Shown: positions 51,772-61,833, counted from the stretch's first letter. The stretch: DNA of 64,000 bases from an uncultured virus (IMG/VR IMGVR_UViG_3300033144_003013) (IMGVR_UViG_3300033144_003013), one strand, 5' to 3'. Made by a program: numbers and translations. The notes: a model not told the origin generated them from the letters alone.

Positions 51772-53882
51772 TATGTTATTACGTTAAAGTTTGGGTCACA
51801 ATCCACTTCGGAAATATTAAATCCAAAATCACAGGTTATTTCATTAGTCACAAAATCAAAGTCACAAGCGGACTCCTCCACATCAAAATTAAAGTAACAG
51901 CCTAATAAACAAGGGAAACAGTTACTACACCAAAAATCATATAGATTATATCTACCTTTTGACTTTCTATAATTATGTTGAATTTGTGGAGTTGATAATG
52001 GTTCAGTGTACATTCTAAATTGAGATATACCACCCATAAAGGTTCCTCCAAAATTCGGTTCTAATAAAATATCAGTGGTTAATCCCGATAATGATGTTCC
52101 TGATAGTGTTTGATTTGGCATATCTTCAGGGTCCTGTATATAAGGTCCTTCAGTCGCAGTACAGGCACTAAACATAAGACTCTCTCTTAATCCTTGTGTT
52201 CCTCCACCCCAACTGATATTAAACGGTACACCTAACTGTTTTTCTTTTTGAGTATTTAATTCACGAGGTATTATTTCTTCAAAGTCCTCAATAACCATAA
52301 ACAAGTAACCATTAACATATAATTTCAATAGTCCCTTCCTTCGGTCTTTATTTCTTAACCATTTTCTATTTAATTCTATTAAATTTTCTTTCTTTTCTTT
52401 TTTACCCCCTTTATGTGTTTGTGGTGGCATAATTAAATTATATGCGGCGCCATTTATTGCGGATGGGTAGACAACTTCTCTAATATCACCTAAACCTCCC
52501 CAATTAATTAAATCACATTCTTCTAAAGTTTCATATCTTTCAAATACAGCAGAAAACATAACCCATCTTTCTTCAGTATTAGCGGTCAAACAAACTAATG
52601 AGTCGTATCCACAATCATCATATATACCTCTAACTGAACATATTTCATTAATACAATACCCTGATGAGTATGTTAATCCCGTATTTCCACATGTACCTGT
52701 TGTTATACAATCACCTGTTAGTTTTATATATTTAACACATAGTCTTGGATTTTTAGGGTCTCCTGATAATCTAATTGACATTGCATTTGAAAGAGCATCC
52801 ATACCTGGGTCAACAGGAGGGTTCACTATTTGAGTATTATAAGCCCCACAAGGACCAACATTGTGTTTAACAGTCGTACCTGTTGTTGGAAAAACATTAA
52901 AACAATTAGAATTAGTTACTCCTGTGTCTGCACATGCACAAGTTTTAATACAATTTTCAAGTCCCTCAGTCACTCTCGTATATGTCCAACCTGTCACATT
53001 AGTTCCGGATGTTATAATATCGAAATCACAATTATAACTGTAACAACCTAACCCATTAGAACCTTGATTACCACTTTTTCTCTGAACTTTACCAGATGCG
53101 GGGTGATAATATTTATTTTCTGCTCGAGTACCAAAGAAAAAAAACATACCAGCATTCTCAGGGTAAACATCATTCAAATAAACTTCCGATGGTTGGATTT
53201 GAAACTCCTCCCTTTGTCTTGGTTTTATAATGGTTTCCATTGTCCATCCTTTATTAACCCTTTCAGGAAATACTTCATAATCGTAACCAAATAGTTTATA
53301 GAATCCTTGGTAGAATCCTCCGTATAGTTCGTTATAGTAACCTATAGAATCTCCATCATCTTTTGATACAATATTATATATTGTTTTTGAATTACCTGAA
53401 AATCTATGATTTGGCCAATCCGCATATGTCGCCACTGGATGAAATTTCATTCTACGGTCATAGTAATGTGGGTTCCATTTTTCAAAGTCATTAATACCCA
53501 TAGTAAATGTTAAGGTCTCACCAGTCATTCTATCATATAAACCATTGTCTGTACCCACTAAACCAATATCACATAAAGTTGTTGCCGACTCACAAAATAA
53601 GTCATCATCTTTTGGGTTATAAAAATTTTCAGAAACTAACGTATTTCCTGTATAATTAACATTCCATAACAATCTCATCTTTTGATTTGATAGGTCTGAT
53701 GATAAATCTATATATACAGGCAACCTATCCCCATCGTCCTCAGCGATTAGTTTTTTTGAAAATACAACTTCCTCATCATAATCTCTTTCATCTGAGGCGA
53801 TTGTAAGGTCAAAGTAACTACTCGTATCTAAACGAATATCATATCTATTAAAATTATAATTGTTAATATTCTGACTTGCCAT
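51771..53882 (-). CDS. Cys-rich putative virion protein with LamG/concanavalin-like elements
   Basis: GWTMETII…LKLYVNG…FMGGISQFRMYTEPLSTPQI; TATTTAT motif upstream. Confidence 0.7.
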   Translation of the reverse strand: MASQNINNYNFNRYDIRLDTSSYFDLTIASDERDYDEEVVFSKKLIAEDDGDRLPVYIDLSSDLSNQKMRLLWNVNYTGNTLVSENFYNPKDDDLFCESATTLCDIGLVGTDNGLYDRMTGETLTFTMGINDFEKWNPHYYDRRMKFHPVATYADWPNHRFSGNSKTIYNIVSKDDGDSIGYYNELYGGFYQGFYKLFGYDYEVFPERVNKGWTMETIIKPRQREEFQIQPSEVYLNDVYPENAGMFFFFGTRAENKYYHPASGKVQRKSGNQGSNGLGCYSYNCDFDIITSGTNVTGWTYTRVTEGLENCIKTCACADTGVTNSNCFNVFPTTGTTVKHNVGPCGAYNTQIVNPPVDPGMDALSNAMSIRLSGDPKNPRLCVKYIKLTGDCITTGTCGNTGLTYSSGYCINEICSVRGIYDDCGYDSLVCLTANTEERWVMFSAVFERYETLEECDLINWGGLGDIREVVYPSAINGAAYNLIMPPQTHKGGKKEKKENLIELNRKWLRNKDRRKGLLKLYVNGYLFMVIEDFEEIIPRELNTQKEKQLGVPFNISWGGGTQGLRESLMFSACTATEGPYIQDPEDMPNQTLSGTSLSGLTTDILLEPNFGGTFMGGISQFRMYTEPLSTPQIQHNYRKSKGRYNLYDFWCSNCFPCLLGCYFNFDVEESACDFDFVTNEITCDFGFNISEVDCDPNFNVIT

Positions 53883-53897
53883 GAATGGTTTTTATAG

Positions 53898-53923
53898 ATA
53901 AATACTTTGTTCGTAGTATTTAT
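53898..53923. promoter_or_regulatory. Divergent pair of TATTTAT motifs at the strand switch
   Basis: Minus-strand copy at 53898-53904 and plus-strand copy at 53917-53923, each 15 nt from an ATG. Confidence 0.65.
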
Positions 53924-53938
53924 ATTAAAAAAGAACCA

Positions 53939-54691
53939 ATGAAGTCATATCTTTATAAAACAGAAGAAGGTGCTGAGAAAGCGGCAAAGGAATTAGGTTG
54001 TGAAGGTACTCACAAACATAAGAGGAAAACATTCATGCCCTGCAAAACACACAAAGAGTTTTTATCTATAACAAAAGATTCTACACCTGAAGGTGAAATT
54101 GATGAGTTAATTGATTATGATGGAACAATGTTAAATTCCAAAATTCCAATACTTGACCCTAATGTTAGTGCTAAGGGTGACGAAACTATGGATAAGACTG
54201 TTGCCATGGCAAGAATAACTCAAGACCCATTAACGAGAGGATATAGAGTTTACTACGGTGAAAGTGTTGAAGGTCGAGAAATAAGTGAAGAAGATATGGA
54301 AGATGCGTTTGGTTATGACGAAACAAAATATATGGATGCGGATGAAACCATAGATTTCTTTATGGATGAATTAGGTTTTGACGAGGATGATGCTAAAGGT
54401 AGGGCTGAAGAAATGGGTAAAGACCCAAAATTAGACGATTCTTCAGAGTTTAAAGGTAAAAAGAACTTTGTAATGAAAGGTCGTTTAACTGAAAAAGGGA
54501 AGTTTTTAAGTAAAGAAGAATTATTAAAAATGGCAGATGACGTATTGGTAAGTAAGTCCGATGATAAAGACTTAAAGATTGATAAAAAAGTGTCCCCTAT
54601 ACTTTTAAGAAATATTAAAGCATTAAAAAGATTAGCCAATCTTGAAGGTATTTCAATTGTAGAATTAATTAAGATTTTAAAAAATGAATAA
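53939..54691 (+). CDS. Hypothetical protein with an N-terminal DUF3721-like domain
   Basis: YKTEEGAEKAAKELGCEGTHKH…FMPC; start reassigned to the ATG at 53939, downstream of the motif. Confidence 0.65.
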   Translation: MKSYLYKTEEGAEKAAKELGCEGTHKHKRKTFMPCKTHKEFLSITKDSTPEGEIDELIDYDGTMLNSKIPILDPNVSAKGDETMDKTVAMARITQDPLTRGYRVYYGESVEGREISEEDMEDAFGYDETKYMDADETIDFFMDELGFDEDDAKGRAEEMGKDPKLDDSSEFKGKKNFVMKGRLTEKGKFLSKEELLKMADDVLVSKSDDKDLKIDKKVSPILLRNIKALKRLANLEGISIVELIKILKNE

Positions 54692-55148
54692 GGACTTATA
54701 CGATAAGAAAGTTAAATTACCTGATTCACTTAAAAATCATCTATCTAAGTGCTTTGATTCTGTTGATGCAAATAGTAATACTGAGGGATTTAATAGAAAT
54801 AAAGAATTAAGAGAAACCGGTGTTTTAAATTACCAAAGACTAAAAAGAATTAAAAATTGGTTTGATTCGTTTGAAGGAGATAGTAAAGATGCTCCATTTA
54901 TACTTAATGGTGGTGAAAGAATGAAAAAATGGTGTGACCATGTTTTAGACCACTGGAGAAATACTTTAGACCTCGGTAAAAAAGCCAAATCTGCAAGTGG
55001 TATGGAAAATGAATATATTAAATACCACACCAAAGATGGCGTAGTTGTTAGTCCTAATAAAAAACATGAAAAAGGAATAAACAAATACGATACTTCTGTC
55101 ACTGAACAGATAAAACAAATAAACGATATAATGAAAACATTACTATAA
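54684..55148 (+). CDS. Hypothetical protein
   Basis: 154-aa ORF coupled to both neighbours. Confidence 0.75.
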   Translation: MNKDLYDKKVKLPDSLKNHLSKCFDSVDANSNTEGFNRNKELRETGVLNYQRLKRIKNWFDSFEGDSKDAPFILNGGERMKKWCDHVLDHWRNTLDLGKKAKSASGMENEYIKYHTKDGVVVSPNKKHEKGINKYDTSVTEQIKQINDIMKTLL

Positions 55149-55447
55149 TGGCAACACAAAACGACAAATTAGACTTCGCACAACCTGAAAACGCATTATC
55201 GGCGGTGGCAACTGCGGAAAGAGGTAAGTTATTCCCTAAAAATGATTTTTCACCTAAGAGTGACCTTTATTCACCACAACATCCTGATGCTATGGCAGAT
55301 GGTGATGATATTGGTAGAGGTACCGCACAATATTTAGATGTTTATAATCAGAATGCTGGTACATCAACAGATATACAGGCTAGAGTTGAAAACACTAAAA
55401 TAGATAAGTTTAGTCCAAATAATCCTTACCCTAACTTCGACTTATAA
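55148..55447 (+). CDS. Hypothetical protein
   Basis: 99-aa ORF with TAATG coupling at both ends. Confidence 0.75.
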   Translation: MATQNDKLDFAQPENALSAVATAERGKLFPKNDFSPKSDLYSPQHPDAMADGDDIGRGTAQYLDVYNQNAGTSTDIQARVENTKIDKFSPNNPYPNFDL

Positions 55448-55830
55448 TGAAACTTATTACAACTGTCAAAGGTCTCATAAATGAAATCGCTTCTTTAAAT
55501 GATATTGAAAAATCAATTAGAGATAGAAAAGTTGTAATAATTAATTATGATGGTAAAGAACCTGGAGGTAAAGGATATAGAACGATTGAACCTGTATGTG
55601 TAGGGAGAAGTAAAGGAGGTAATAATATGGTACTTAGAGCTTGGGATGTTGAAGGAGCATCACACACGGCATCTATAGGTGAAAAACCGTTACCTGGATG
55701 GAGATTATTCAGAGTTGACAAAATATTTACTTATAAGCTAACTAATGATACTTTTAATGAACCTAGACCTAACTACAACCCTAATGGTGATAATAGTATG
55801 TCTAGTGTTATTTTAAACGCAAAATTTTAA
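55447..55830 (+). CDS. Stand-alone WYL-domain protein
   Basis: VIINY…RTIEPVCVG…LRAWD…WRLFRVDKI. Confidence 0.8.
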   Translation: MKLITTVKGLINEIASLNDIEKSIRDRKVVIINYDGKEPGGKGYRTIEPVCVGRSKGGNNMVLRAWDVEGASHTASIGEKPLPGWRLFRVDKIFTYKLTNDTFNEPRPNYNPNGDNSMSSVILNAKF

Positions 55831-55841
55831 TATAAAAGAAT

Positions 55842-56450
55842 ATGAGTGACTTAATGCAAAAATTAGCAATATCTAAAAAAATAATGGAAAAACATGACCA
55901 ATCTCCAAGAGGTAGCAACTCAGGAGGTTTACCGATTTCAGAAAATGTTAATGCTACTTATAATATACCAAATGAAGTAATTCAACAAAATCAACCTATA
56001 ACACAACCTAAAGTTCAACAACAAGTTAACTTAGGTCAACCTGTTAACGAAAGTGCAATTACTAATTCTAAATTACCTGATGAAATAAAAAAATTAATGT
56101 TAGAAAATCCAATAGTTCAACCACAAATGGGTGGACCTGTTTTGTCTGACGAATTAATAGAGGGAGCCTCAAGATTAATGAATAATAATACTGTACCTCA
56201 AACAGGTCCTTTACAAAACGAAGGTAACACAATCTCAACAAACTCTTCGTCACTACCAACTAATAATGATTTAAAACAAATGATTAGAGATGTTGTTAGA
56301 GATACTGTTAGAGATGTAGTAAAAGAAGAACTACAAAGTGCAGGATTATTATCGGAATCATCTAAAAAAACTAACGAAACATTATCACTTAGAGTAGGTA
56401 ATCATATATTTGAAGGGAAAGTTTTAAAGATTAAGAAAGTAAAAAAATAA
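55842..56450 (+). CDS. Hypothetical protein
   Basis: 202-aa ORF containing SKLPDEIKKLMLENPI. Confidence 0.75.
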   Translation: MSDLMQKLAISKKIMEKHDQSPRGSNSGGLPISENVNATYNIPNEVIQQNQPITQPKVQQQVNLGQPVNESAITNSKLPDEIKKLMLENPIVQPQMGGPVLSDELIEGASRLMNNNTVPQTGPLQNEGNTISTNSSSLPTNNDLKQMIRDVVRDTVRDVVKEELQSAGLLSESSKKTNETLSLRVGNHIFEGKVLKIKKVKK

Positions 56451-56505
56451 CCATACCTTTTCTTATTAAAAATCTTTTACTATATTTTGAATAAACTTAA
56501 AATAT

Positions 56506-57714
56506 ATGTCAAAGATTAGAATATTAGTATTACCCTCCGATAGAACAGGAGTCGGTAAATTTCGTTCAGTAGAACCACACATTTTCCTACAAAATCAAAA
56601 TCCAAATGATTTTCATGTGGACATAGATTATGACCCAAAAATTAATGATGATAACTTTTGGAAAAGTTATGATATAGTTCATTTTCACAGAACAATAACA
56701 AAAGACTACGACTCCACTCCCGCACTTTTAGATAAACTAAAAAAATGGGGTATTGTTACGATAGCAGATATAGACGACTATTGGTTACCAACAAAAGAGC
56801 ATCCTGCTCATGCAATGGTTAATAATAATAAATTACATATAAAAATACGGGAAAATTTAAAGGCCGCACAATACGTTACCACAACTACTGAGATATTCGC
56901 TCAAGAGATAAAAAAACTTAACAAAAACGTATTTGTTTTACCAAACGCGATTAATCCTAACGAACCACAGTTTAAAGCTAAAACTGAACCTTCAGATAAA
57001 CTTAGGTTTGGGTGGTTAGGGGGTTCATCTCATTTACATGACTTAAAGATATTAGATAATTGTTTTAGTAGATTAGGGGGGTTAAATGATAAATTTGATT
57101 TATATCTTTGTGGTTTTGATACTAGAGGTACTATAACAGAAATAGACCAAAGAACAGGAAACCAAAAACAAAGAGACATTAAACCCGAAGAAACTGTTTG
57201 GGCAGAATATGAAAAAATATTCACAAGAAATTATAAATCATTAGATGAGGATTATAAAAAGTTTTTATTAACTTACAAACAACAACCATATGATAATGAA
57301 AAGTTCTACCATAGAGTATGGACTCAACCTGTGACCTCATACGCTAAAAATTATTCTAAATTTGACGTATCGTTAGCACCAATTAAAAATCATATCTTTA
57401 ATAGAATGAAATCACAATTAAAGGTTATTGAGGCAGGTTTTTATAAGAAAGCAATTATCGCGTCTAATATTGGCCCATACACTATTGATTTAAAACATGC
57501 CTTAAGTTATGGTGAATTTGTTGATGGTAACGCGTTATTAGTTAATGAAGGTAGAAATCACTCGGATTGGGCTAAATACATTAAAAAACTAGTTAATAAT
57601 CCATCATGGGCCGAAGAATTAGGTGAAAGGTTATACGAAACAGTAAAAGATAAATACGATTTAAATATCGTAACAAAAACAAGAGCAGAAATTTATAAAT
57701 CACTATTATCATGA
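56506..57714 (+). CDS. Glycosyltransferase, GT-B fold (GT4-like)
   Basis: DIDDYW, FGWLGGSSH, DVSLAPI…FNRMKSQLKVIEAG…IIASN. Confidence 0.85.
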   Translation: MSKIRILVLPSDRTGVGKFRSVEPHIFLQNQNPNDFHVDIDYDPKINDDNFWKSYDIVHFHRTITKDYDSTPALLDKLKKWGIVTIADIDDYWLPTKEHPAHAMVNNNKLHIKIRENLKAAQYVTTTTEIFAQEIKKLNKNVFVLPNAINPNEPQFKAKTEPSDKLRFGWLGGSSHLHDLKILDNCFSRLGGLNDKFDLYLCGFDTRGTITEIDQRTGNQKQRDIKPEETVWAEYEKIFTRNYKSLDEDYKKFLLTYKQQPYDNEKFYHRVWTQPVTSYAKNYSKFDVSLAPIKNHIFNRMKSQLKVIEAGFYKKAIIASNIGPYTIDLKHALSYGEFVDGNALLVNEGRNHSDWAKYIKKLVNNPSWAEELGERLYETVKDKYDLNIVTKTRAEIYKSLLS

Positions 57715-58412
57715 TAAACTTACCATTAAACAAATTACTATTTTTTGATTTAGAAACAGTTGGTATTGAGAAAGATTTACCAACACTAAAAAAGAATCGT
57801 CCAGAGTTAGCAAGATTATTTGAAAGTTACTTGGATTGGTTCATTAGAAAATACCCTGACCAAGAAGGAAATACTCCTGAAGAAATTTTTGTAAACAAAG
57901 CTGCGTTAGTTGCTGAATTTTCAAAAATCATTGTAGCATCTTTTTCATTTATAACTCCATCAGGTGATATTCACACACAAACAATTGCTGAGGACGATGA
58001 AAAAGACTTATTAATTAAAGTAAAAGAACTGTTAAATAAAGTAGAGAAGTTAGATTTTTATTTGTGCGGACATAATATTAAATTTTTTGATATTCCTACA
58101 TTAGGTAAAAGATTCTTAACTAACGGTATAAAACCACCTAAATTACTACCTTCTTACGATACTAAACCATGGGAGATTAAGGCTTTAGATACTAAGGAGA
58201 TTTGGCAATTCGGAAATAATTTTGGTATTTCGTCTTTGGACTTAATGTGTATTTCCATGGGAATTGAAAGTCCAAAAACGGGAGAAGTATCAGGTAACTT
58301 AGTTCATGATACATATTGGAACGCTAATGGTTTAACACCAATATCTGAATATTGTGAAAAAGATGTTCATGTTTTGGTAGAATTAATTAAAAAAATATAC
58401 AATCTTAAATAA
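57711..58412 (+). CDS. PolB-like 3'-5' exonuclease (DEDDy)
   Basis: FFDLETV, GHNIKFFDIP and YCEKDV. Confidence 0.85.
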   Translation: MINLPLNKLLFFDLETVGIEKDLPTLKKNRPELARLFESYLDWFIRKYPDQEGNTPEEIFVNKAALVAEFSKIIVASFSFITPSGDIHTQTIAEDDEKDLLIKVKELLNKVEKLDFYLCGHNIKFFDIPTLGKRFLTNGIKPPKLLPSYDTKPWEIKALDTKEIWQFGNNFGISSLDLMCISMGIESPKTGEVSGNLVHDTYWNANGLTPISEYCEKDVHVLVELIKKIYNLK

Positions 58413-58415
58413 ATT

Positions 58416-59015
58416 ATGTTAGGTAAATTAAATAAATTAAAAGAGGAAATGTCTAAACTTAGTGACATCAAAAAAAGTTTAGAGGACGTTGACATGACTG
58501 ACCCAAAAGCAATGATGGAGTCATTTGGTATTGATTATGATGAATTGGAAAAATCGTTTACACATAATGGATTTGAGCCAACTGAAATTCAATATTCGCT
58601 TAAATCTGTAAATAAAGAACCTCAGTACCATTATGGCAGTGATTCAGGGTTTGATTTAAGAGCGAATGAAAAAGTTGTTTTAGGTCCCTTTGAAAGGTCA
58701 TTAGTCCCAACAGGGTTACATATTGATGTACCGAAAAGATGTGAAGTTCAAGTGAGACCTAAAAGTGGATTAGCACTTAAGAAAGGATTAACTGTTTTAA
58801 ATACACCAGGTACTGTAGATGAAGGTTATACAGGTGAAATAAAAGTTATATTAATAAATTTAACTCCCGACACTCAAACAATAGAATTTGGTGATAAGAT
58901 AGCTCAAGCAGTTATTTGTCCTGTAGTTCAAGGTAGGGATGTAAAATTAAAACGAGTCAAAGAAATAAAAGAAAAAGATAGAAATGAAAATGGATTTGGT
59001 TCAACTGGAAACTAA
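58416..59015 (+). CDS. dut: Trimeric dUTPase with an N-terminal extension
   Basis: SGFDL, RPKSG, GTVDEGYTGE, IAQ and RNENGFGSTG. Confidence 0.95.
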   Translation: MLGKLNKLKEEMSKLSDIKKSLEDVDMTDPKAMMESFGIDYDELEKSFTHNGFEPTEIQYSLKSVNKEPQYHYGSDSGFDLRANEKVVLGPFERSLVPTGLHIDVPKRCEVQVRPKSGLALKKGLTVLNTPGTVDEGYTGEIKVILINLTPDTQTIEFGDKIAQAVICPVVQGRDVKLKRVKEIKEKDRNENGFGSTGN

Positions 59016-59394
59016 CACTAGTCCCGTACTAAGTGATGATAAAAAAAATTATTTAATAGACATAGATGGTACAATTACAGATGATGTCCCTAATGAAGAA
59101 CCTGAGAGAATGTCAACATGTTTACCATATACCGATTCGGTTAAGATAATTAATGGATGGTACGATGAAGGGCATGTGATAACTTTTTTTACCTCACGAA
59201 CTGAAGAGCATAGAGAGGTAACTGAAGAATGGTTTAAAACTCATGGATTTAAGTACCATAATTTATTAATGAATAAACCTCGTGGAGGTAATTATCATTG
59301 GATTGATAACCACATAGTCAGGGCAACCAGATATAATGGACTATGGACCCCCCTAACGACCAAAGAGGTAAAAATTGAAGTATTTAACGACTAA
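58984..59394 (+). CDS. Small capless HAD phosphatase
   Basis: IDIDGT, FTSR, MNKP and WIDN. Confidence 0.8.
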   Translation: MKMDLVQLETNTSPVLSDDKKNYLIDIDGTITDDVPNEEPERMSTCLPYTDSVKIINGWYDEGHVITFFTSRTEEHREVTEEWFKTHGFKYHNLLMNKPRGGNYHWIDNHIVRATRYNGLWTPLTTKEVKIEVFND

Positions 59395-60797
59395 TGATTA
59401 CGATAGGATATTGTACAAAGAAAATAGACCCTGAATTTAGAGACTATATTGAAAAATCGTCAGGGGTTCATAAAGTTGAGGTTATACCTTTTGAAAATCC
59501 TGGTACTCACTCTTTAAGTGAGGCTTATAATATAATATTAGAAAAGGCATCTAATGATATTGTAGTGTTATGTCATGATGATTTATATTTTGAAAAAAAG
59601 AATTGGGGAAATAAACTCCTAAAACATTTTAAAAGAAACCCTGAATATGGTATTTTAGGTGTAGCGGGAACTAAGTTCTTTCCTAAATCTGCTAGATGGT
59701 GGGAAATTAATACAGAAATGTTAGGAATAGTAAATCATCAACAAGGGGACAAAAAATGGACAAGTAAGTATAGTGAATCAAAAGGTAGTAAATTAGATGA
59801 TAGTGTTATTGTTGATGGTTTATTTATAGCAATAAATAAAAACAAAATAAAACATAATTTTGATGAGAGATTCGATGGTTTCCATTTTTACGATTTAGGT
59901 TTTTGTTTTAAGAATTATATAGAAAATGTTAAAATTGGTGTATTATACGATATTAGAATTACTCATTTATCAGTAGGTCAAACAAATCAAAAATGGGAAA
60001 GTAATAGATTAAAGTTTCTTGCTTTTTATGAAGATAAATTACCAATCTTATTACCTACTTCATTTGATAAAAAACCAATTAAAAAGGGAGAACCTTTAGT
60101 TACACTGGCTATGCCAATATATAATTACGCTAAAAGATTAAATCCTACATTACAGTCAGTGTTTAGTCAAGACTATACTAACTTTGAAATTACGATAGTT
60201 AATGACGGCTCTGATGATGAGTATTGTTTAATGAAATTAGATTCGTTAGAAGGACATGAGGGTATAAGAATAATACATAAAGAAAACACAGGAGTTTCTG
60301 ACACTAGAAATGTTGCAGTTAGAGAAGGTAAAGGTGAGTATATATTACCTTTAGATGCCGATGACATGATATTACCAGGTTATCTTAAAACGGGTGTCAA
60401 CTTGATAAGAAAGAATCCTAAAATAAGTCCTGTTTATTGTGATACTATTCATGTAGGGGAAATGCAAGGATTGGAGGAAAGACCTGAATGGTCACCTGAA
60501 AGACTGTTATCAGGTCCATTTATTGTTAATAGTTCAATGTATTCTCGTGAGGCTTATGAAACTATTGAAGGGTATAATACCGAAATGAAAGGATGGGTCG
60601 ATTATGATTTGTGGGTTCAAATGATGGACGCAGGATTTATAGGTAAAAGAATTCCTAAGGGTCTATTTATATATTTCCATCACGAAAGTGAAGGGAAGGG
60701 TTCAGTTTCAACCTCAGCTAGACAAAATATGAAACAATTACATAAAACAGTTTTAGATAGACATAAACTTAGGAATAAAAATAGGAATAATGAGTAA
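59394..60797 (+). CDS. Two-domain GT-A glycosyltransferase (GT2-like)
   Basis: First domain LCHDD…FHFYD; second domain MPIYN, VNDGS, RN, LDADD and DYDLW. Confidence 0.88.
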   Translation: MITIGYCTKKIDPEFRDYIEKSSGVHKVEVIPFENPGTHSLSEAYNIILEKASNDIVVLCHDDLYFEKKNWGNKLLKHFKRNPEYGILGVAGTKFFPKSARWWEINTEMLGIVNHQQGDKKWTSKYSESKGSKLDDSVIVDGLFIAINKNKIKHNFDERFDGFHFYDLGFCFKNYIENVKIGVLYDIRITHLSVGQTNQKWESNRLKFLAFYEDKLPILLPTSFDKKPIKKGEPLVTLAMPIYNYAKRLNPTLQSVFSQDYTNFEITIVNDGSDDEYCLMKLDSLEGHEGIRIIHKENTGVSDTRNVAVREGKGEYILPLDADDMILPGYLKTGVNLIRKNPKISPVYCDTIHVGEMQGLEERPEWSPERLLSGPFIVNSSMYSREAYETIEGYNTEMKGWVDYDLWVQMMDAGFIGKRIPKGLFIYFHHESEGKGSVSTSARQNMKQLHKTVLDRHKLRNKNRNNE

Positions 60798-60936
60798 TAT
60801 TGACCAACAAAATAATGGCAATCCTCACACACAAGAAACTAGAAATTCATTTAATCAAAAAGTGGCTAGATTAGCAATACTTGGTCAAAGTAAAAAGGTA
60901 AAGTGGAGCGATAAGAGAAGGTACAGGAATATATAA
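60790..60936 (+). CDS. Small basic hypothetical protein (48 aa), not in the ORF track
   Basis: MSNIDQQNNGNPHTQETRNSFNQKVARLAILGQSKKVKWSDKRRYRNI fills the gap between the GT2 and GT29 genes. Confidence 0.6.
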   Translation: MSNIDQQNNGNPHTQETRNSFNQKVARLAILGQSKKVKWSDKRRYRNI

Positions 60937-60940
60937 AATA

Positions 60941-61543
60941 ATGAAAGAAAAAAAGATAATAATAGTTGGGTCTTCAGATATAATGTTAGAAAATAATCTT
61001 GGAAGTGAGATTGATAATTTTGATATTGTAGTAAGGTTTAATAGGGCTCCTGTATTTAATTTTGAAAACTATGTTGGGTCTAAAACTGATGTTAGATTTG
61101 TTAATTCTCACGCAGTAAAAAATACTCCAAAACAAAATGAAGACCTAAAATTTTTACCTTCAGTAAAAAATCAAATAATATGTAGTGATTTTAATATTAA
61201 TGATAACGATTTTTATAGAGTTTTTGATAAAAGTTGTACCTACAAACAAATTAATAGATTTAGTAATTTCAAAAAATTTAAAAATAATATTTTAGATAAA
61301 TTAGATATTAATTTAAATATGAAAGCCCCTGAACCTTCAGTAGGTTTAAATGCCATATGTTATTATATAAATGAAGGTTATATACCTACAATTTATGGAT
61401 TTCATTTACATGATGAAAATCGAAATGTCTCTCCACATTATTGGAAGAAAAAACTTTCTGTTGGGGGTTGTCATGACTTTTCCTATGAAAGAAAATTAAT
61501 AAAAGAATTAATAAATTTAAATTATTTAAAAGTATTAAAATGA
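60941..61543 (+). CDS. GT29 (eukaryote-type sialyltransferase family) glycosyltransferase
   Basis: Sialylmotif L (VGSS…LGSEIDNFDIVVRFNRAP…VGSKT), S (PSVG…IYGF), III (HYW) and VS (HDFSYE). Confidence 0.85.
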   Translation: MKEKKIIIVGSSDIMLENNLGSEIDNFDIVVRFNRAPVFNFENYVGSKTDVRFVNSHAVKNTPKQNEDLKFLPSVKNQIICSDFNINDNDFYRVFDKSCTYKQINRFSNFKKFKNNILDKLDINLNMKAPEPSVGLNAICYYINEGYIPTIYGFHLHDENRNVSPHYWKKKLSVGGCHDFSYERKLIKELINLNYLKVLK

Positions 61544-61833
61544 CAATATTTGTAGATATAGACGAAACTATTTGTTACTATGAAAATGAGAGAGATTATA
61601 ATTTAGCTCTTCCATTAGTGGACAATATAAAAAAAATTAATAAATTATATGATGAAGGTCATCATATTAAGTATTGGACCGCTAGAGGTACAGTAATTAA
61701 GATAGATTGGTTTGATGTGACCAAAAAACAACTTGATGAGTGGGGGTGTAAGTACCACGAATTAAGTGTTGGTGAAAAACCAGCTTATGATTTATTAATA
61801 TGTGATAAAACAAAAAGAATAGAAGAAATATGA
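61540..61833 (+). CDS. Small HAD phosphatase
   Basis: VDIDET, WTARG and KP.YD..ICDK. Confidence 0.8.
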   Translation: MTIFVDIDETICYYENERDYNLALPLVDNIKKINKLYDEGHHIKYWTARGTVIKIDWFDVTKKQLDEWGCKYHELSVGEKPAYDLLICDKTKRIEEI

